64,000 bases of DNA from Mustelus asterias (taxonomy: Eukaryota): the NCBI RefSeq assembly GCF_964213995.1, contig NC_135803.1, forward strand, positions 35,774,001 through 35,838,000, given 5' to 3'. The position numbers and the translations under genes were made by a program. The notes beneath the pieces were generated by a model. That model was not told the origin of the DNA. It did no database searches and was given only the letters and a program-made list of their open reading frames with translations. This document shows, one piece after another, positions 61,115 through 64,000 of this stretch (position 1 is its first letter; the number at the start of each line of letters is the position of its first letter).

Positions 61115-61324
61115 CTCCGGTTTCCTCCCACAGTCCAAAGATGTGCGGGTTAGGTTGATTGGCCATGCTAAAATTGTCCCTTAGTGTCCTGAGATGCGTA
61201 GGTTAGAGGGATTAGCGGATAAATATGTAGGGATAAGAGGGTAGGGCCTGGGTGGGATTGTGGTCGGTGCAGACTCGATGGGCCAAATGGCCTCTTTCTG
61301 CACTGTAGGGTTTCTATGATTCTA
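61115..61324 (+). mobile_element. 5'-truncated HE1-type SINE
   Basis: Starts within the V domain; CR1-like tail TTCTATGATTCTA. Confidence 0.85.
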
Positions 61325-63175
61325 CCTATGAGGGTATGTTGCCTGGAAGCTGTTTACTTGCAAGTTTGACCAAGTAGAAAGTATTTTGGGGGGAATGATT
61401 TGTAAAACTAATTTTAACTGTGTAACTGTAGTCTTGTGTGCTTAAGTTTTCTTTTCCTATTAATAAACCTTTTTCTTTTTTTTAAAATCCCAAAAGCATT
61501 ATTGGACTCTTTCTGCTGAGATTAGTACTATTCTTCTTGTTTTTAGAATACAAAAAGAAGTTATGGCCCATAAGCCACATTTTCCTCATAATAAATATGT
61601 GGCCATAATTAATTCAATTATGTAAATACAAGTTTGTTTTTGAAATATTTTTCTTCTTTGTTTGGACATCAAATGTATTCAATGAAAAGAAAATTGAAAC
61701 CCATTAGGGAAAATGGGATTTTGTGCAAAGCATTTCCCATCTTGCTTTTTTAAAATAAGTATGAGAAACCAAACATATTTGTAGGTGGTGATCAGTGTTC
61801 CGTCTCTCAGTCAAAGCTGCACATGTGCTGGGCCACACAGTTATCTTGAATATACCATGCGGTGTAATAAACAGCCTGCGCACAACAAAGAAATATTAGA
61901 AGGAATATTGGTGGTGTTGTGACCTTTTTCATTTCGGCCCTCAGCTTCCCACCAAAGCTTCTCTGGTGAGATAGGTTAAATGTGCATCTTATAATAGCTT
62001 CATGCATTAAGTGGGTACTGTGAAGTGGCTTAGAGCCATAAAAAGCCTCCCAACAGCTGAGAATACAAAGGGGCCCAAGAAAGTCCAATTCACAGTACTC
62101 TCACTGAAGTCAGTAGAACTTATTGGAGTGATGTCAGAAAAATAGCACTGGAAGGGAGCTTAAAATCATTAATAAAAGTCAATTATATCTTCCAACTGCT
62201 CTTTGTAGTTTGATTTATTTTAGAGAAATCCCTACTGCTAGGTCTTCTCTCTTAACATGACAGGATTGCGATTTTGCTGAGTTAACTTAAAATAATGTCC
62301 TCTAGTGAGTAAAGTCACAATGTGATGCAGGACTAAGCCATATTGTAAAGTTTGGGGTCAGTTCTGATCTGTGCTGAGTTAATTTATCTGATGCCATTAA
62401 TTAACCTCATTGGTCCTGTGATAGGGAGAAGAGAAAAAGAAGTCAGGATTGCCTTTTCTTTTGCCATCTTGCAATTTCTAGCATGTGCAATGCTTTTCTA
62501 ATGCAACAAGGATAAAAGAGAACAGGCCAGCGGTGACATGGTATATTTTTATTTTGCTTATTTACATAATATAACAGGCCGAGGTGAATTGAAAAAATGC
62601 ATGCAGCCATAATTGCACATAAATATCTGCAATTCGTCCCTGAACACATTATTTTGTCCTTCCCTTCCTTCCCACCACTTTCTTTAGAAAGTGGAAATTA
62701 TTCCTGGTGAAGGTAAGCTGGCACTGACGCAGGTAACATAAACTAAGGAGTAAGCAAACATTACATTGAACAACACAACTAATATTTGACATCTAAATGA
62801 TGCAGGTAATATATTTCTTCAGAAAATGTAGTATGATTACTTTAAATTGACTAATCTAGTTTGTACAAGGTATCTTCATTATCACAATTTTTGTTTTTCT
62901 ACTGCAGCAAGGATATTCAGAGACAGTTAGCAGGGCAGTAAGAGCAACCAGACTAGCTAAGGTAACTGAGCTACAAGGAGAGATTGAAGAACCCAGGATT
63001 GTTCACTCAGAAGAAGAGAGATAATGAATTCAAAGGGGATAATGAATTATTTGATTTTTTTTTAAAGGTAAATAACTATTGGGGGACACAATTGCAACAT
63101 TATAATAAGGCAGTTAAGCAGAAAGTTTAGGTGTATAATTAATTGGGGAGTGGTGAAGCTGGACTGGCTTGCTCA

Positions 63176-63218
63176 TGATGTGAGATGCCGGCGTTGGACT
63201 AACGCTGCCAGTCCAGCG
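63176..63218 (-). mobile_element. 43-bp Penelope 3'-tip micro-insertion
   Basis: TGATGTGAGATGCCGGCGTTGGACT is the reverse complement of the element 3' end (with a 1-nt deletion). Flanked by the direct repeat CTGGCTTGCTCA at 63164-63175 and 63219-63230. Confidence 0.8.
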
Positions 63219-63502
63219 CTGGCTTGCTCAGACATTGGAGACAAATGTAATACAGTCATGGTGTATAGAATTAAAGGATAATTATGTAGATCTTTAAGGA
63301 AGTGTGTGATTGAGAGGTATTAAATTTGGGGATGGTTCAGTGGATGGCAGAGCCTTTTCCACTACTAGAATTTCCACTGTTTCTCCGAGCACTGGCGTTA
63401 TTGAGGATAATGACCAAACACTGGTAAGAGAATTGCTAATGAAGTATTCTTTCCCAGTTGTATAATTCAATGAGTTTGAGGTTTGAGATTTTTTTAAATA
63501 AT

Positions 63503-63783
63503 GGGTGGCATGGTGGCACAGTGGTTAGCACTGCTGCCTCACAGCACCAGGGACCCGGGTTCGATTCCCAGCTTGGGTCACTGTCTGTGTGGAGTTTGTA
63601 AGTTCTCCCCGTGCCTGCGTGTATTTCCTCCGGGTGCTCCGGTTTCCTCCCACAGTCCGAAAAACATGCTAGTTGGGTGCATTGACCCGAGCAGGTTCTG
63701 AAGTGTGGCGACTAGGGGAATTTCACAGTAACTTCATTACAATGTTAATGCAAGTCTTACTTGTGACTAATAATAAATAAACT
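63503..63783 (+). mobile_element. HE1-type SINE (second tail type)
   Basis: A and B boxes, V domain and an AATAAATAAA tail. Confidence 0.88.
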
Positions 63784-63922
63784 TAAAGTATGGACTGTAC
63801 AACCCAATTCAGGAATGATTAACAACTGATGAGAGGTTTTCTGTGTTCAGGCCCAAAACAGAATCAATGTAGCTAAAACCCAGAATGAGTATAACATCAA
63901 TGCACAATGTAATACTACATTC

Positions 63923-64000
63923 CGTAACACTACATTCTGCACTCTCTTGTTTCCTTCTCTATGAATGGTATGCTTTGTCTGTATAGCGCGCAAGAAACAA
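63923..64000 (+). mobile_element. Rex1-type 3' UTR fragment (runs off the window end)
   Basis: GTAACACTACATTCTGCACTCTC...CAAGAAACAA matches 34420-34497. Confidence 0.85.

Overview
This is eukaryotic, repeat-dense DNA from a cartilaginous fish, probably a shark (inferred from HE1-type V-SINEs, CR1/HER1-type LINEs and Deu-domain SINE remnants). The only host gene is the 3' half of DIS3L2 on the + strand: seven coding exons (13145-58531) with canonical AG/GT boundaries and consistent phases, encoding the end of the RNB domain, the S1 domain and the stop. The introns contain: (i) a young Neptune-type Penelope-like retroelement (17312-21721) with an intact RT + GIY-YIG ORF, 589-bp inverted arms, a 12-bp TSD, minimal hammerhead ribozymes and about 15.5 apparently identical 73-bp copies of its own coding sequence at the 5' truncation point; (ii) an old env-bearing LTR element/ERV (61-10185, minus strand) with a tRNA-Ser PBS, which hosts a highly structured U2-snRNA-headed retroposon and a polarised 26-bp minisatellite; (iii) many CR1, Rex1 and SINE copies, hAT and Harbinger-type MITEs, and solo LTRs. 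All calls come from manual reading and recall of family motifs; no searches were run.
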